Assembly (NCBI GenBank): GCA_964604305.1
Contig: CAZRYM010000005.1
Location: forward strand, 7,217-71,216
Length of the DNA: 64,000 nucleotides
Direction of reading: 5' to 3'
Origin: an uncultured Thermotogaceae bacterium
GTDB lineage: Bacteria; Thermotogota; Thermotogae; MWEM01
Shown: one piece after another, positions 27,925-37,725 of the stretch
Layout: each line of letters opens with the position of its first letter
Numbering within the stretch: the first letter of the stretch is position 1
Position numbers and translations under genes: made by a program
Notes under the pieces: generated by a model
Seen by the model: only the letters and a program-made list of their open reading frames with translations
The model's database searches: none
What the model was told of the DNA's origin: nothing

Positions 27925-28035
27925 AGGTCACCTCTATAATGAGGATAAGTTCAAATCATTGAGTTAATAAACACGAAAAGGGCACGAGGAGTTTTTCCCC
28001 TCGCACCGTTGTTTATCATATTAATGATGTTGTGA

Positions 28036-28440
28036 TTAACGTTTTGAGAACTGTGGTGATTTTCTGGCTTTCTTCAAGCCATATTTTTTTCTCTCAACCA
28101 TTCGTTCGTCTCTTCTTAAAAGCCCGGCTGATTTTAAAGTGGGTCTCAAATCCGAATTAAATTCAAGGAGTGCCCTCGACAAACCGAGTCTTATTGCACC
28201 GGCTTGTCCGCTCATACCACCACCGTGAATCTTCATGACCATGTCAAACCGGTCAATCGTTCCCGTTAGCATTAGCGGTTCTACTGCATGTCTAACAAGC
28301 GTATCTCTCATGAGGTAATCCTGAAGTGTCTCGTATTTTTTACCATTTATCTTGATTTGACCTTTACCCGGTCGAAGATGCACTCTTGCTACGGCTCTCT
28401 TTCTTCTTCCGGTACCGTAATAGTCTATAAACTCTGACAT
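28036..28440 (-). CDS. rpsI: 30S ribosomal protein S9
   Basis: [12 protein letters not shown]...[19 protein letters not shown]...[17 protein letters not shown]. Confidence 0.95.
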   Translation of the reverse strand: MSEFIDYYGTGRRKRAVARVHLRPGKGQIKINGKKYETLQDYLMRDTLVRHAVEPLMLTGTIDRFDMVMKIHGGGMSGQAGAIRLGLSRALLEFNSDLRPTLKSAGLLRRDERMVERKKYGLKKARKSPQFSKR

Positions 28441-28462
28441 TTATTATAACCTCCCGATTATC

Positions 28463-28906
28463 CTATAATTCAATTTGTTTAGGTTTCTGGGCTGTATGAG
28501 GATGCTGATCCCCAGCATACACTTTAAGCTTTTGAAACATTGTTCTGCCTATTTTGTTCTTTGGGAGCATTCTTTTTACCGCTAAGGTTACAATACTCTC
28601 AGGATGTTTTGCCAACATCTGTTTTGTTGTAAATTCTTTCATATGTCCGGGATATCTTGAAAATCTTCTGTAAATTTTATCATCCATCTTAGAACCGGTC
28701 ATTATAACTTTATCTGCATTGATAACAATTACAAAATCTCCGGAATCCACGTTTGGTGTATATTGCGGATTGTTCTTGCCGGTTAAAATCTTTGCAATCT
28801 GAGTAGCCATTCTGCCTAAAACCTTATCTTTGGCATCTACAACATACCATTTCTTTTCTCTTTCCTCAGGTTTGAGGCGGAAACTTTTTTGTTGATATTT
28901 CATCAA
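28463..28906 (-). CDS. rplM: 50S ribosomal protein L13
   Basis: KKWYVVDAKDKVLGRMATQIAKIL...KRMLPKNKIGR. Confidence 0.95.
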   Translation of the reverse strand: MMKYQQKSFRLKPEEREKKWYVVDAKDKVLGRMATQIAKILTGKNNPQYTPNVDSGDFVIVINADKVIMTGSKMDDKIYRRFSRYPGHMKEFTTKQMLAKHPESIVTLAVKRMLPKNKIGRTMFQKLKVYAGDQHPHTAQKPKQIEL

Positions 28907-28918
28907 ATTCTCCTCCTC

Positions 28919-29197
28919 TTATCGTTCGTCAACAATGTGAACGTATTTTCGATTTCTTCGAGTCTCAAAGGATACAAATCCCTCTTTTAATGCGAAAAGG
29001 GTGAAGTCCTTGCCCATTCCAACATTGTTTCCGGGAAAGATTTTTGTGCCTCTTTGTCTCATTATTATATTGCCCGGTATAACCGAGCTGCCATCGCCTT
29101 TTTTTATACCAAGGTATTTTGGATTTGAGTCTCTTCCATTTTTACCACCACCGCTCTTTCTATGAGCGAAAAGTTGTATATTCATTTTAACTTTCAT
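28919..29197 (-). CDS. rpmA: 50S ribosomal protein L27 with N-terminal propeptide ([10 protein letters not shown]|AHRKSGGG...)
   Basis: Conserved AHKKGGGS-type core preceded by a 10-aa extension ending in F. This is the motif cleaved by Prp in Firmicutes-type systems. Confidence 0.9.
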   Translation of the reverse strand: MKVKMNIQLFAHRKSGGGKNGRDSNPKYLGIKKGDGSSVIPGNIIMRQRGTKIFPGNNVGMGKDFTLFALKEGFVSFETRRNRKYVHIVDER

Positions 29198-29508
29198 ACT
29201 TTCACCTCCACTGATAAGTAGCCGGAATATTCATTTTGAATCTCCCGTAGGGTTTTAATAAGGTTTTCGATAAGCATCTCAGTTAAGTGATCGGTTCTTT
29301 TCAACTCCACACTAAGTTGGCCTTTGTCATCCTGGGTCAGTGTATCCACCACTAAGCATTCCTCGCTTAATATCCTTGTAGTATGAAGGGATAGGGCGCT
29401 TACAGAAGCACAAACAATGTCTTTACCCATTGGCGCATATCCTGAATGACCGCTTATCTCAAAACCGCTGAAACCGTTTTCGTTTTTGTAAAAGACCGCT
29501 TTAATCAT
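29194..29508 (-). CDS. Ribosomal-processing cysteine protease Prp (YsxB-like)
   Basis: 104 aa located between rplU and rpmA. GHSGYA...IVCASVSAL contains the catalytic His/Cys dyad. Confidence 0.85.
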   Translation of the reverse strand: MIKAVFYKNENGFSGFEISGHSGYAPMGKDIVCASVSALSLHTTRILSEECLVVDTLTQDDKGQLSVELKRTDHLTEMLIENLIKTLREIQNEYSGYLSVEVKV

Positions 29509-29519
29509 TTCTGTTCAGA

Positions 29520-29831
29520 TCATTGTTCAATATTTTCTACCTTAACCGCTGTATAGGGTTGCTTGTGTCCTTTAACTCTCCTATACATCTTACGGCCCTT
29601 GAACTTGATAATCATGACTTTGTCATCTCTTACATGTTCAACAACCTTGCCGACTACCTTTGCGCCTTCAACATATGGTTTTCCGGTATGAATCTTATCA
29701 TCGGTTCTTAGCATAACTACCCGGTCGAAGGTGATGGAGCTTCCTGGCTCTGCATCGTTTTTGTCGACATACACAATCTGTCCTTCTTCGATTTTGTATT
29801 GTCTGCCGGATGTTTCGATTATGGCGTACAT
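29520..29831 (-). CDS. rplU: 50S ribosomal protein L21
   Basis: MYAIIETSGRQYKIEEGQIVYVDK...KFKGRKMYRRVKGHKQPYT. Confidence 0.95.
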   Translation of the reverse strand: MYAIIETSGRQYKIEEGQIVYVDKNDAEPGSSITFDRVVMLRTDDKIHTGKPYVEGAKVVGKVVEHVRDDKVMIIKFKGRKMYRRVKGHKQPYTAVKVENIEQ

Positions 29832-29985
29832 TTTTGACCTCCTTTTGTCTTAAATATGCTGATGAAGGTACTTACAACCACAATATTCTTAGATTGCAAG
29901 ATTTGTTGACCACCATCAGGCAAAATCCCGCATATTATATCATAAATGCAAAGGATATAACGAACGTATTGGATGTAAATTTTAT

Positions 29986-31071
29986 TTAAACTCTGAAATA
30001 ATTTTTTCTGTTGTCACCCAACTTTTTTAATCCCTCAATGATGGATGTTGATCTCTTTTCCCCGATTCCCGCAACTGCCTTTAATGTTTCTGGGTCTGCA
30101 CCTCTAATGGCATTTAAGGAAGTTAATTGTTCAACCAGATTGTAGATGATATTGATGGGTATCTTGGTAACCGTTCTTATCATTCTAATACCTCTTGGAT
30201 TAATCATTTCTTCAGTAAGTAAAGATTGTACTTCTATTCCAAGATAATTTGCCATCTTTGAGTAATCCAGCAGCTCCTTGTCCTTCAGTGATTTTAATCT
30301 TTGCACACAAAGGTCTACCTTATCTTCTTCCGGAATTCCATCTGCATTTAAATAGTCGTAAACGATCAAATGAAGATTTTCTTCCAAATCTCCGATCATT
30401 TCCTGTAATTGCAAGTTTGCCAATCTTCCGTTTATCCCAAGTTCCCAAATATAAGGCTCTATTTCTTCAGATGTCCTAAGGGCAGCAATAGACTTTTCCA
30501 GGGTTCTGCACAAATCAAATACGGTAACTTGGTTTTCAATCTCTAAAGTATTCAAGTTTTCAATCTCCCTGGAATAGCTTGCACTATATTTTTCAATTGC
30601 TTTCAGCCCCTGATCCACCATGGTAATTAAAAAATTAAGATCCTTTAAGACATATGCAAATGCACCCCAATATATGCTTACAACTCCTCTTCTTCTGGAA
30701 ACGGCTATAGCCACTTTTCCTGTTTGTTTGGCAATCCTTTCGGCATTTCTGTGCCGCATACCCGTCTCTTTTGTAGGGATTGATGAATCGGGGGTCAATT
30801 GTACATTGGCGTGAAGAATTTTTGTGACATCCTCATTTAATATCACAGCCCCATCCATTTTAGTTAATTCGTAAATTTTCTGGGGCGTATAGTCACAATT
30901 TACATTGAATCCCAGTTGTATGATATTTTTATGTCTCTCGATATCTTCCTCGTTCATCAGCAGGATCAAACCACCGCTGTTTGATTTAATGATATTTTCA
31001 AGACCGAGTCTTAATTGTGTACCAGGAGAACATATTTTGATGATTTCTTTTAACAGTTCGTATTTTGCCAT
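29986..31071 (-). CDS. disA: DNA integrity scanning protein DisA (diadenylate cyclase + HhH)
   Basis: N-terminal DAC domain (GTQLRLGLENIIKSNSGGLILL, DGAVILNED..., RHRNAERIAKQTG) and C-terminal helix-hairpin-helix (AGIGEKRSTSIIEGL). Confidence 0.85.
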   Translation of the reverse strand: MAKYELLKEIIKICSPGTQLRLGLENIIKSNSGGLILLMNEEDIERHKNIIQLGFNVNCDYTPQKIYELTKMDGAVILNEDVTKILHANVQLTPDSSIPTKETGMRHRNAERIAKQTGKVAIAVSRRRGVVSIYWGAFAYVLKDLNFLITMVDQGLKAIEKYSASYSREIENLNTLEIENQVTVFDLCRTLEKSIAALRTSEEIEPYIWELGINGRLANLQLQEMIGDLEENLHLIVYDYLNADGIPEEDKVDLCVQRLKSLKDKELLDYSKMANYLGIEVQSLLTEEMINPRGIRMIRTVTKIPINIIYNLVEQLTSLNAIRGADPETLKAVAGIGEKRSTSIIEGLKKLGDNRKNYFRV

Positions 31072-31254
31072 TATTTCCTCCCCACATTGTTATTAATTAT
31101 ACCATAAGAGCTAATTTCCAAGTTATTTTCAAGGTATTTTTGTTGATGAAAGACCTCTCTTGAGTAGAATGATGATTTTGTTCTTACTGAAAAGCATAGT
31201 ATAATTAAAGACGCAATTGTAAAAAAAGTCTTTGCCAAAAAGGAGGTAACTGAA

Positions 31255-31830
31255 ATGAAGGAAAAACCGGAAATTATTTTTCATTTATCTGATTCTCAAA
31301 TCAATCAACAATATTCAATAAAAGGTATTGTTAAGCAAAAAGAACTTGAGGGCGTTTTGGATACTGAGACCCCGATTACGGATTTAACTTATTCGATTTC
31401 AATATTTAAGGCAAAAGATGAGGCTTTTGTCAGCGGTCAGGTAGAATGCACTTTAGAAGACCTTTGTTACAGGTGCTTGAAACCAACAACAGAAAAAATA
31501 ACAGGGGTGATTGAGGCTACATATATTCATAGTAATGAAAATGATACAATTCTCAAAGAAAAGGAATTGGAATCTCTGGAAAATGTGATATACTATGTGG
31601 GCTCAGAGATCGATTTGTACGATCGTGTTATTGAAGCACTCATAACTGCTATCCCACAGAGATTTTTATGCTCTGAAAACTGTAAGGGTCTATGCCCCTT
31701 TTGTGGGGAAGATTTAAATGAGAATCCCAATCATCAATGTGAACCGGCTGAAGAATTTGAAAATAAAAGTGCTTTTTCAAAATTGGCGGAATTAAAAAAG
31801 AGTTTAAATAATGATTATCACGGTAAATAA
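31255..31830 (+). CDS. YceD/DUF177 family protein (precedes rpmF)
   Basis: C-terminal Cx2C...Cx2C (CSENCKGLCPFCGEDLN) and conserved placement upstream of L32. A promoter-like TTGTTC-N17-TATAAT lies about 60 bp upstream. Confidence 0.8.
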   Translation: MKEKPEIIFHLSDSQINQQYSIKGIVKQKELEGVLDTETPITDLTYSISIFKAKDEAFVSGQVECTLEDLCYRCLKPTTEKITGVIEATYIHSNENDTILKEKELESLENVIYYVGSEIDLYDRVIEALITAIPQRFLCSENCKGLCPFCGEDLNENPNHQCEPAEEFENKSAFSKLAELKKSLNNDYHGK

Positions 31831-31868
31831 TAGAACAATAAAAGAACGGATATAAGGAGGGAATTAAA

Positions 31869-32057
31869 ATGGCTGTTCCAAAGAAAAAGACTTCTCGCAG
31901 CAATACCAGGACCAGAAGGGCTCATTTTTTTAAAGCGATAAAAACACCCAGATCGGTATGCCCTAATTGCGGCGAAGCAAAACTGCCTCATCGTATTTGC
32001 CTGAGTTGTGGTTATTACAAGGGAAAGAAAGTATTGGAATTTGAAGAAGCAGAATAG
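31869..32057 (+). CDS. rpmF: 50S ribosomal protein L32
   Basis: [20 protein letters not shown]... with CPNCGE...CLSCGYY zinc ribbon. RBS AAGGAGGG. Confidence 0.9.
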   Translation: MAVPKKKTSRSNTRTRRAHFFKAIKTPRSVCPNCGEAKLPHRICLSCGYYKGKKVLEFEEAE

Positions 32058-32079
32058 TCTTATACTTCAATAGAATAAA

Positions 32080-32112
32080 GCACAGTAGGTTACAGTTACT
32101 GTGCTTTTTTTT
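32080..32112. terminator. Bidirectional rho-independent terminator (8-bp stem GCACAGTA/TACTGTGC + T8), shared by rpmF and fliI
   Basis: GCACAGTA ggttacagt TACTGTGC TTTTTTTT. It overlaps the last codons of fliI on the minus strand. Confidence 0.7.
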
Positions 32113-33448
32113 CCGGTCTTCCTTCATCTATCCTTTTACTTAGATTTTTCATTCTTTCAACCAAATGTTCGAAATTTATTTTTTCTTCAACTTCCTGTGT
32201 AAGGAATCCGTTGATATCGTCAATCAGTTCAATAGATTTGTCAATTTTTGGATCGCTTCCGCCTTTATAAGCACCAATATCGATCAGGTCTTTTGCATCG
32301 TTGTAAACAGCCATCAGGTCTTTCAATTTCCTTGAAGCTGAAATATGTTCTTTATCGACAATCTCCACCATCAATCGACTGATGCTGGCGAGAACATCAA
32401 TGGCCGGATAATGGTTGGATTCAGCTAAACTTCTGGATAAGATAATATGACCGTCAACTACCCCTCGGACAGTATCACTGATGGGTTCGTTAAAATCATC
32501 TCCTTCAACCAGGACTGTGTATATCCCCGTTATGCTGCCTTTTTCGCTATTGCCGGCCCTTTCCAGGACTCCAGGGAGTCCTGCGAAAACACTGGGTGGA
32601 TAACCTCTGGTAGTTGGGGGTTCACCGATGGCGAGTCCTACATCGCGCTGGGCCATAGCCCATCGGGTCAGCGAATCAACCATCAGCATAACGTTGTATC
32701 CCCTGTCTCTGAAAAATTCAGCAACGGAGGTTGCGGATTGTAAAGCCTTAACACGCATTAGAGCGGGCTGATCGGATGTTGAAACAAGGACAACACTTCT
32801 TTTAAGCCCTTCTTCTCCCAAATCTCTTTCGATAAATTCCCGGACCTCTCTTCCCCTTTCACCGATCAGGCCGATGACGTTGATATCCGCTTTGGTGTTT
32901 CTGGCAATCATTCCCAGAAGAGTGGATTTCCCCACACCACTGCCCGCAAAAATACCGATTCTCTGTCCCTTTCCAAGAGTTGTGAATCCGTCTATAGCCC
33001 TTATGCCCACAGGAATGACTTCTTTGATTCTATTTCTTACCATGGGGTTTGGTGGCTTGTTGTTGAGAGAAGTGTGATTTTTAACAAAGAGGTTTTTTCC
33101 ATCAAGCGGTCTGCCAAGTCCATCCAGTACTCTGCCAAGTGTGTTCTCATCTATACCGATACTCAGGTTTCGTTTGGTTCCATGAACTTCACAACCCAGT
33201 GAGATTCCAGCATATTCATCAAGGGGCATGAGGATAATATGATTGTCTTTGAATCCCACCACTTCGCTTAAAACGCTCTTGCCATCGATGGTTTTGATCC
33301 TGCAACATTCACCAAGAAACACTTCAGGGCCGGCTGATTCAATGGTCAGGCCGATGATTTTTTTGACGTTTCCGTTTAAATGTAAAAAATCATGTTCTTG
33401 AAACAGGTCGTTTAAGAAATCCAATTTCTGGAGAGAGTTGAAAGTCAT
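32096..33448 (-). CDS. fliI: Flagellum-specific ATP synthase FliI
   Basis: Walker A GSGVGKSTLLGMI and Walker B VMLMVDSLTRWA. F1/T3SS-ATPase fold, 450 aa. Confidence 0.9.
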   Translation of the reverse strand: MTFNSLQKLDFLNDLFQEHDFLHLNGNVKKIIGLTIESAGPEVFLGECCRIKTIDGKSVLSEVVGFKDNHIILMPLDEYAGISLGCEVHGTKRNLSIGIDENTLGRVLDGLGRPLDGKNLFVKNHTSLNNKPPNPMVRNRIKEVIPVGIRAIDGFTTLGKGQRIGIFAGSGVGKSTLLGMIARNTKADINVIGLIGERGREVREFIERDLGEEGLKRSVVLVSTSDQPALMRVKALQSATSVAEFFRDRGYNVMLMVDSLTRWAMAQRDVGLAIGEPPTTRGYPPSVFAGLPGVLERAGNSEKGSITGIYTVLVEGDDFNEPISDTVRGVVDGHIILSRSLAESNHYPAIDVLASISRLMVEIVDKEHISASRKLKDLMAVYNDAKDLIDIGAYKGGSDPKIDKSIELIDDINGFLTQEVEEKINFEHLVERMKNLSKRIDEGRPEKKAQ

Positions 33449-34236
33449 TCTTCTTCTCCGAATACCTGATCGATCATATCATCGATAATTTCCAGTTGGT
33501 TTTCAATCGTACCGTCAAGTGTTCCGTAATTGGTTTCAACAATTACTCCACCCCTGGAAATAGAAGCGTCTTGTCTGATTTCAAAGGAGGATAATGTTTC
33601 TTGCATTTTCTCTTTTAATTCGTTCGGGATGACCTTAATATCATTCGGATTGAACTTAAATACAATTTCCTTTAAGCTCATCACTCTTGATACCATTTCG
33701 TTTATCTTTTTTTCCAAAACTTCCTGATGATTTTCCTCTAGTGTTTGTAAAAGGATTTTTTCTATTAATCTTGACAGGATAATCCGTATCTTTTCCGTTG
33801 TCATTTCAACGTATTCGGTCTTTGATTTTTCGAAGCTGCTTTGCGCCTTGTTTAATGCCTCGATAGATGTATTGTAATGATCCTTCCACTGCTTTTTTAT
33901 TTTTTCTTCTTTTGATATAATATCATTTTGAGCTTTTTCAAGCATTCCTTCAATCTTTTTCTGTTGTTCTTTTTCCGTTTTTTTTGCCTTCTCCACTATT
34001 TGTTCAGCCTCTTTTTCGGCTTCTTCGATTATTACACGGGCCTTTTCCTTAGCTAAAGAAACAGCTGGAGTAAGATCTTCCGGAGCATTATCTTTTGTTG
34101 AATTTTCCGTATCGGAATTTTTAGAATTACCGGTATTGTGGCCACTCTTGTCTTTTAAAGAATCTTCTTTTTTATACAGCTTAAATTTTTCATTTTCATC
34201 AATTGTTACCAGGGCTCTTTTGATAAGATTATACAA
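33445..34236 (-). CDS. fliH: Flagellar assembly protein FliH
   Basis: Coiled-coil K/E-rich N-terminus and a C-terminal FliH-like domain. It sits between fliG and fliI with 4-bp and 8-bp overlaps. Confidence 0.65.
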   Translation of the reverse strand: MYNLIKRALVTIDENEKFKLYKKEDSLKDKSGHNTGNSKNSDTENSTKDNAPEDLTPAVSLAKEKARVIIEEAEKEAEQIVEKAKKTEKEQQKKIEGMLEKAQNDIISKEEKIKKQWKDHYNTSIEALNKAQSSFEKSKTEYVEMTTEKIRIILSRLIEKILLQTLEENHQEVLEKKINEMVSRVMSLKEIVFKFNPNDIKVIPNELKEKMQETLSSFEIRQDASISRGGVIVETNYGTLDGTIENQLEIIDDMIDQVFGEEE

Positions 34237-35272
34237 TCAGTTCTTCTCCTCCGCCTCTTGCGATAAATATCTCACCACTCTCTTCAAGGCGTCTAATCGT
34301 GTTTACGATTTTTTGCTGGGCTTCTTCAACATCGACAACACGTAAAGGTCCCATAAATTCTATCTCTTCTTTTAACAGCTGTCCGGCTCTCTTCGACAAG
34401 TTGTTTGCGATTTTATCCATAATATCTTCTGAAGAACCTTTAAGAGCCTTTGCCAATTCTTTGGTGTCAACTTCTCGTAATACCATTTGTATGGATCTGT
34501 CATCCAGTTTGGTGATATCTTCAAATACAAACATATGGCGTCTTATTTCTTCAGCAAGTTCGGGATCGGTTTCTGAAAGTTTATCAAGAATTTCCTTTTC
34601 AGTTGATCGGTCCATTGTATTAACAAGTTCAACAACGGTGTCCAACCCCCCTACTTGGGCAAAATCCTGTGTGACAAAAGTAGAAACTTTTCTTTCCAAT
34701 ACTTTTTCAACCTCCCTGACAACTTCCGGGTTGGCCTTATCGAGAATAGCGATACGTTTGACAACTTCGGGCTTCAGGTCATCCGGTAAAGCGCTGATAA
34801 CTTGTGATGCTTGTTTTGGAGCCAAATAGCAGAGAATCAATGATATGGTTTGCGGGTGTTCATTTTGCAAAACGTTTACCAATTGCATAGGATCGGATTT
34901 TTTAAGAAAATCAAAGGGTTTTACCTGAAGATTACTGGTGAGTTTTTCCAGAATATCCAAAGCCCTTTCCGGACCGAGTGCCTGTTCCAACATATCTTTG
35001 GCGTATTCAATTCCCCCTGCAAGGATGAATTCTCTTGCCTGGAAGGTACTGGAGAACTCTTCAAGAACCCTCTTCTTTTCAGAGTCAGAGATTTTATCCA
35101 GTTGTGCCAATTCCAGCGTCAACCTTTCAATATCATCATCACTCATATGTTTAAGTACTTTGGCTGCTCTTTCTGAACCCATTGTAAGTAATAGTACCGA
35201 TGCCCTTCTTAATCCGCTGATTTGTTTTTTTTCAGCCATTGAAACACCCCGTTTTTTATTGAGCTTATACAT
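34229..35272 (-). CDS. fliG: Flagellar motor switch protein FliG
   Basis: 347 aa with armadillo-like repeats and a C-terminal charged torque helix region (...MGPLRVVDVEEAQQKIV). Confidence 0.9.
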   Translation of the reverse strand: MYKLNKKRGVSMAEKKQISGLRRASVLLLTMGSERAAKVLKHMSDDDIERLTLELAQLDKISDSEKKRVLEEFSSTFQAREFILAGGIEYAKDMLEQALGPERALDILEKLTSNLQVKPFDFLKKSDPMQLVNVLQNEHPQTISLILCYLAPKQASQVISALPDDLKPEVVKRIAILDKANPEVVREVEKVLERKVSTFVTQDFAQVGGLDTVVELVNTMDRSTEKEILDKLSETDPELAEEIRRHMFVFEDITKLDDRSIQMVLREVDTKELAKALKGSSEDIMDKIANNLSKRAGQLLKEEIEFMGPLRVVDVEEAQQKIVNTIRRLEESGEIFIARGGGEELIV

Positions 35273-35523
35273 TATTATACTACAAAAGCTATTTATCGAT
35301 AAATCTTCATAATAATGCCGAATTTGTTCGAAGGATCATAAAATCTTTAAAGACTCCATATATAAAGGACTATAGTGATTATTTGTTTTTTTCTTGGTAA
35401 AAAAAATCACAAAAAATGACTTGGTTGACTTTAGTATTTACACAATCGGACTCTAATTTTAAAACGCTTGTTTTTATTTATTAAATATGATAAAATATGT
35501 GTGGGGAGGGGGCATGAAATCAG

Positions 35524-35823
35524 TTGAAAAGAAAAATTACTATCACGATCGGGCGGAAAAACTACTCTTTTCTGACGGATGAATCAAAAGAAAAGGTACA
35601 GAGGATTAAAGATATTATCGCCGAAGACTATGAAAAATTTGCACATGTAATCGAGAGCACGGATAAAAAAGGCGTTGATGATCTTCTGATCCTCATGCTT
35701 CTCAATCATGTTTCGAAGGAAGTTGGACATGAGGAAGCTTTGAGAGAACAAAAAGAGAAAAATGAAAGATTAGTCGTAGAGCTCGAAAGGATGAAAACTG
35801 AGCGTGGGGAAATAGCGGGTTGA
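35524..35823 (+). CDS. zapA: Cell division protein ZapA-like
   Basis: KITITIGRKNYSFLTDESKEKVQRIKDII... followed by coiled coil. TTG start. Promoter-like TTGTTT-N17-TAAAAT upstream. Confidence 0.55.
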   Translation: MKRKITITIGRKNYSFLTDESKEKVQRIKDIIAEDYEKFAHVIESTDKKGVDDLLILMLLNHVSKEVGHEEALREQKEKNERLVVELERMKTERGEIAG

Positions 35824-35855
35824 ATTTTTCTTGGTGTTCTCTGTAACCTTTTTTC

Positions 35856-36752
35856 TTGAAGTCGGGGTTGATTCATTTGAGTAAATTAAAAAAGATGCTT
35901 ATTGTAACCGGTCTTTCCGGATCGGGAAAGACTACATGTCTTGCCTTACTTGAAGATATCGGTTTTTTTTGTGTTGATAATATCCCACCAAAACTTTTAA
36001 AGAATATGCTTCCACTATTTGAACAGTCCGAGGTTGAAAAGATAGCTCTGGGTATTGATGCCAGATGGAAACAACAATTTGACGACATAGTTGATGATCT
36101 GGATATTTTCATTGATAAGGAAAAGGGCTATTCTTTGGGAATCTTATTCCTGGAAGCCTCAGTAAATACTATCATGAATCGTTATAATTTAACAAGAAGA
36201 AAACATCCTCTTTCAGAAGACGGTTTGGTGGAAGAAGCCATTGCCAAAGAGAAAAAAATCTTATCTCCGCTTCGTGAAAGGGCAGATTATATTTTAGATA
36301 CTTCAAAATACAATACACATGAATTGCGTAAAGCTTTGATTAATACATTGAAAGACTCCTCAGAGTTAAGAGACAGAAAAACAGAAGTGAGTATTTACAG
36401 TTTTGGTTTCAAGTTTGGAACACCCCTTAATGCAGATTTTATAATTGATACAAGATTCTTGCCCAATCCTTACTGGAAACCTGAGCTTTCCGGATATACC
36501 GGATTAGATGTAAAGGTTCAGCAATTTCTCAATCAGTTTCACGTTGTTCATGATTATCTTACTGCAATCACAAGCATGCTTTTAATGGCAGTATCCAGGT
36601 ATAATGAAGAGGGCAGAAGCAATATAAACGTTTATATTGGTTGTACCGGTGGTAAACATCGCTCTGTTTATCTTGCCTCAAAAATTCACGAATTCTTTCT
36701 CAACAACGGCTTTAATTCACAATTAAATCATCGTGAACGGGGAAATTGGTGA
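35856..36752 (+). CDS. rapZ: RNase adapter protein RapZ (YvcJ), P-loop ATPase
   Basis: Walker A TGLSGSGKTT, FCVDNIPP and a conserved C-terminal domain. The start is uncertain (TTG 35856 or ATG 35895). Confidence 0.85.
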   Translation: MKSGLIHLSKLKKMLIVTGLSGSGKTTCLALLEDIGFFCVDNIPPKLLKNMLPLFEQSEVEKIALGIDARWKQQFDDIVDDLDIFIDKEKGYSLGILFLEASVNTIMNRYNLTRRKHPLSEDGLVEEAIAKEKKILSPLRERADYILDTSKYNTHELRKALINTLKDSSELRDRKTEVSIYSFGFKFGTPLNADFIIDTRFLPNPYWKPELSGYTGLDVKVQQFLNQFHVVHDYLTAITSMLLMAVSRYNEEGRSNINVYIGCTGGKHRSVYLASKIHEFFLNNGFNSQLNHRERGNW

Positions 36753-36756
36753 AAAA

Positions 36757-37725
36757 ATGTCCAAACGTTTAAATCTAATAGTGTTTGGTGGAGGGACAGG
36801 ATTGTCAGCATTGGTGAGAGGTCTGAAAGAACGCGATTTAAACCTTACAGCTGTTGTGACAATTACGGATGAAGGAGGCAGTTCCGGAACAATCAGACGG
36901 GAGATGAAAATCCCCCCACCCGGAGATGTGAGAAACAATATTACCGCTTTTGCCGAGGATGAGAATCTGCTGACAAAATTAATACAATTTCGCTTTAAAG
37001 ATGAAGGAACCTTTGAGGGTCATTCTGTAGGCAATATCATATTGGCGGCTTTAACCAAAATTCTGGGTAGTTTTCCCGATGCTGTCAGAAGTCTTTCAAA
37101 GGTATTGGCTATAGAAGGGGAAGTTTTACCAATCAGTGAAGAACTGGTAAGATTAAAAGCGAAAAACGATATTGGAGAAATCCTAATCGGGGAAAAGGAA
37201 ATCGAACGCAATACAGGAAGAATTACAGTTCTTGAAGCTGACAGAAAATTCAAACCACTGGATGAAGTGATGAACAGGATTCGACAAGCAGATGGTATCA
37301 TATTAGGTCCCGGAAGCCTTTATACCAGTATCATATCCAATCTCATTGCCGAAGGTATATCCAATGCGATCTGTACATCTACAGCCCCGGTTATTTACAT
37401 CTGCAACATCATGACACAACCCGGAGAAACAGTGAATTATTCCATGGCCGATCATGCCAATGAGATTAAAAAATACCTGGGAAAACACCCGGATTATTAT
37501 ATCGTGAATTCCCAACCGATTCCACAAAAGATGCTCATGCGTTACAATGAAAGAGGAGCACAACAGGTGGAACTGAAGTTTGAATCCCTAAACGGAGCAA
37601 TTGTAATGGAAAATCTCATTAAAACAGTTGTGGATGAACGGGATGGTTTGGAGAAAGTCCGTCATGATGAAAAGAAGCTTGGAGAGATGATATTGAAAAT
37701 TATGGGATGGGAGAGAGAAAATTGA
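36757..37725 (+). CDS. Gluconeogenesis factor / YvcK (CofD-like, UPF0052)
   Basis: LIVFGGGTGLSALVRGLK, ITDEGGSSG, ILGPGSLYTSI. ATG 36757 (RBS GGTGA) is preferred over the in-frame upstream extension. Confidence 0.85.
   Translation: MSKRLNLIVFGGGTGLSALVRGLKERDLNLTAVVTITDEGGSSGTIRREMKIPPPGDVRNNITAFAEDENLLTKLIQFRFKDEGTFEGHSVGNIILAALTKILGSFPDAVRSLSKVLAIEGEVLPISEELVRLKAKNDIGEILIGEKEIERNTGRITVLEADRKFKPLDEVMNRIRQADGIILGPGSLYTSIISNLIAEGISNAICTSTAPVIYICNIMTQPGETVNYSMADHANEIKKYLGKHPDYYIVNSQPIPQKMLMRYNERGAQQVELKFESLNGAIVMENLIKTVVDERDGLEKVRHDEKKLGEMILKIMGWEREN

Noticed and set aside
27925-28035. Possible terminator hairpin between dnaG start and rpsI end
   Set aside because: The candidate stem (GCACGAGG ... 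CCTCGCAC) has mismatches and no clean T-run. It is too weak to annotate confidently.
34299-35312. Several + strand ORFs (176, 108 and 124 aa) antisense to fliG
   Set aside because: fliG is clearly encoded on the minus strand. The antisense translations are low-complexity.
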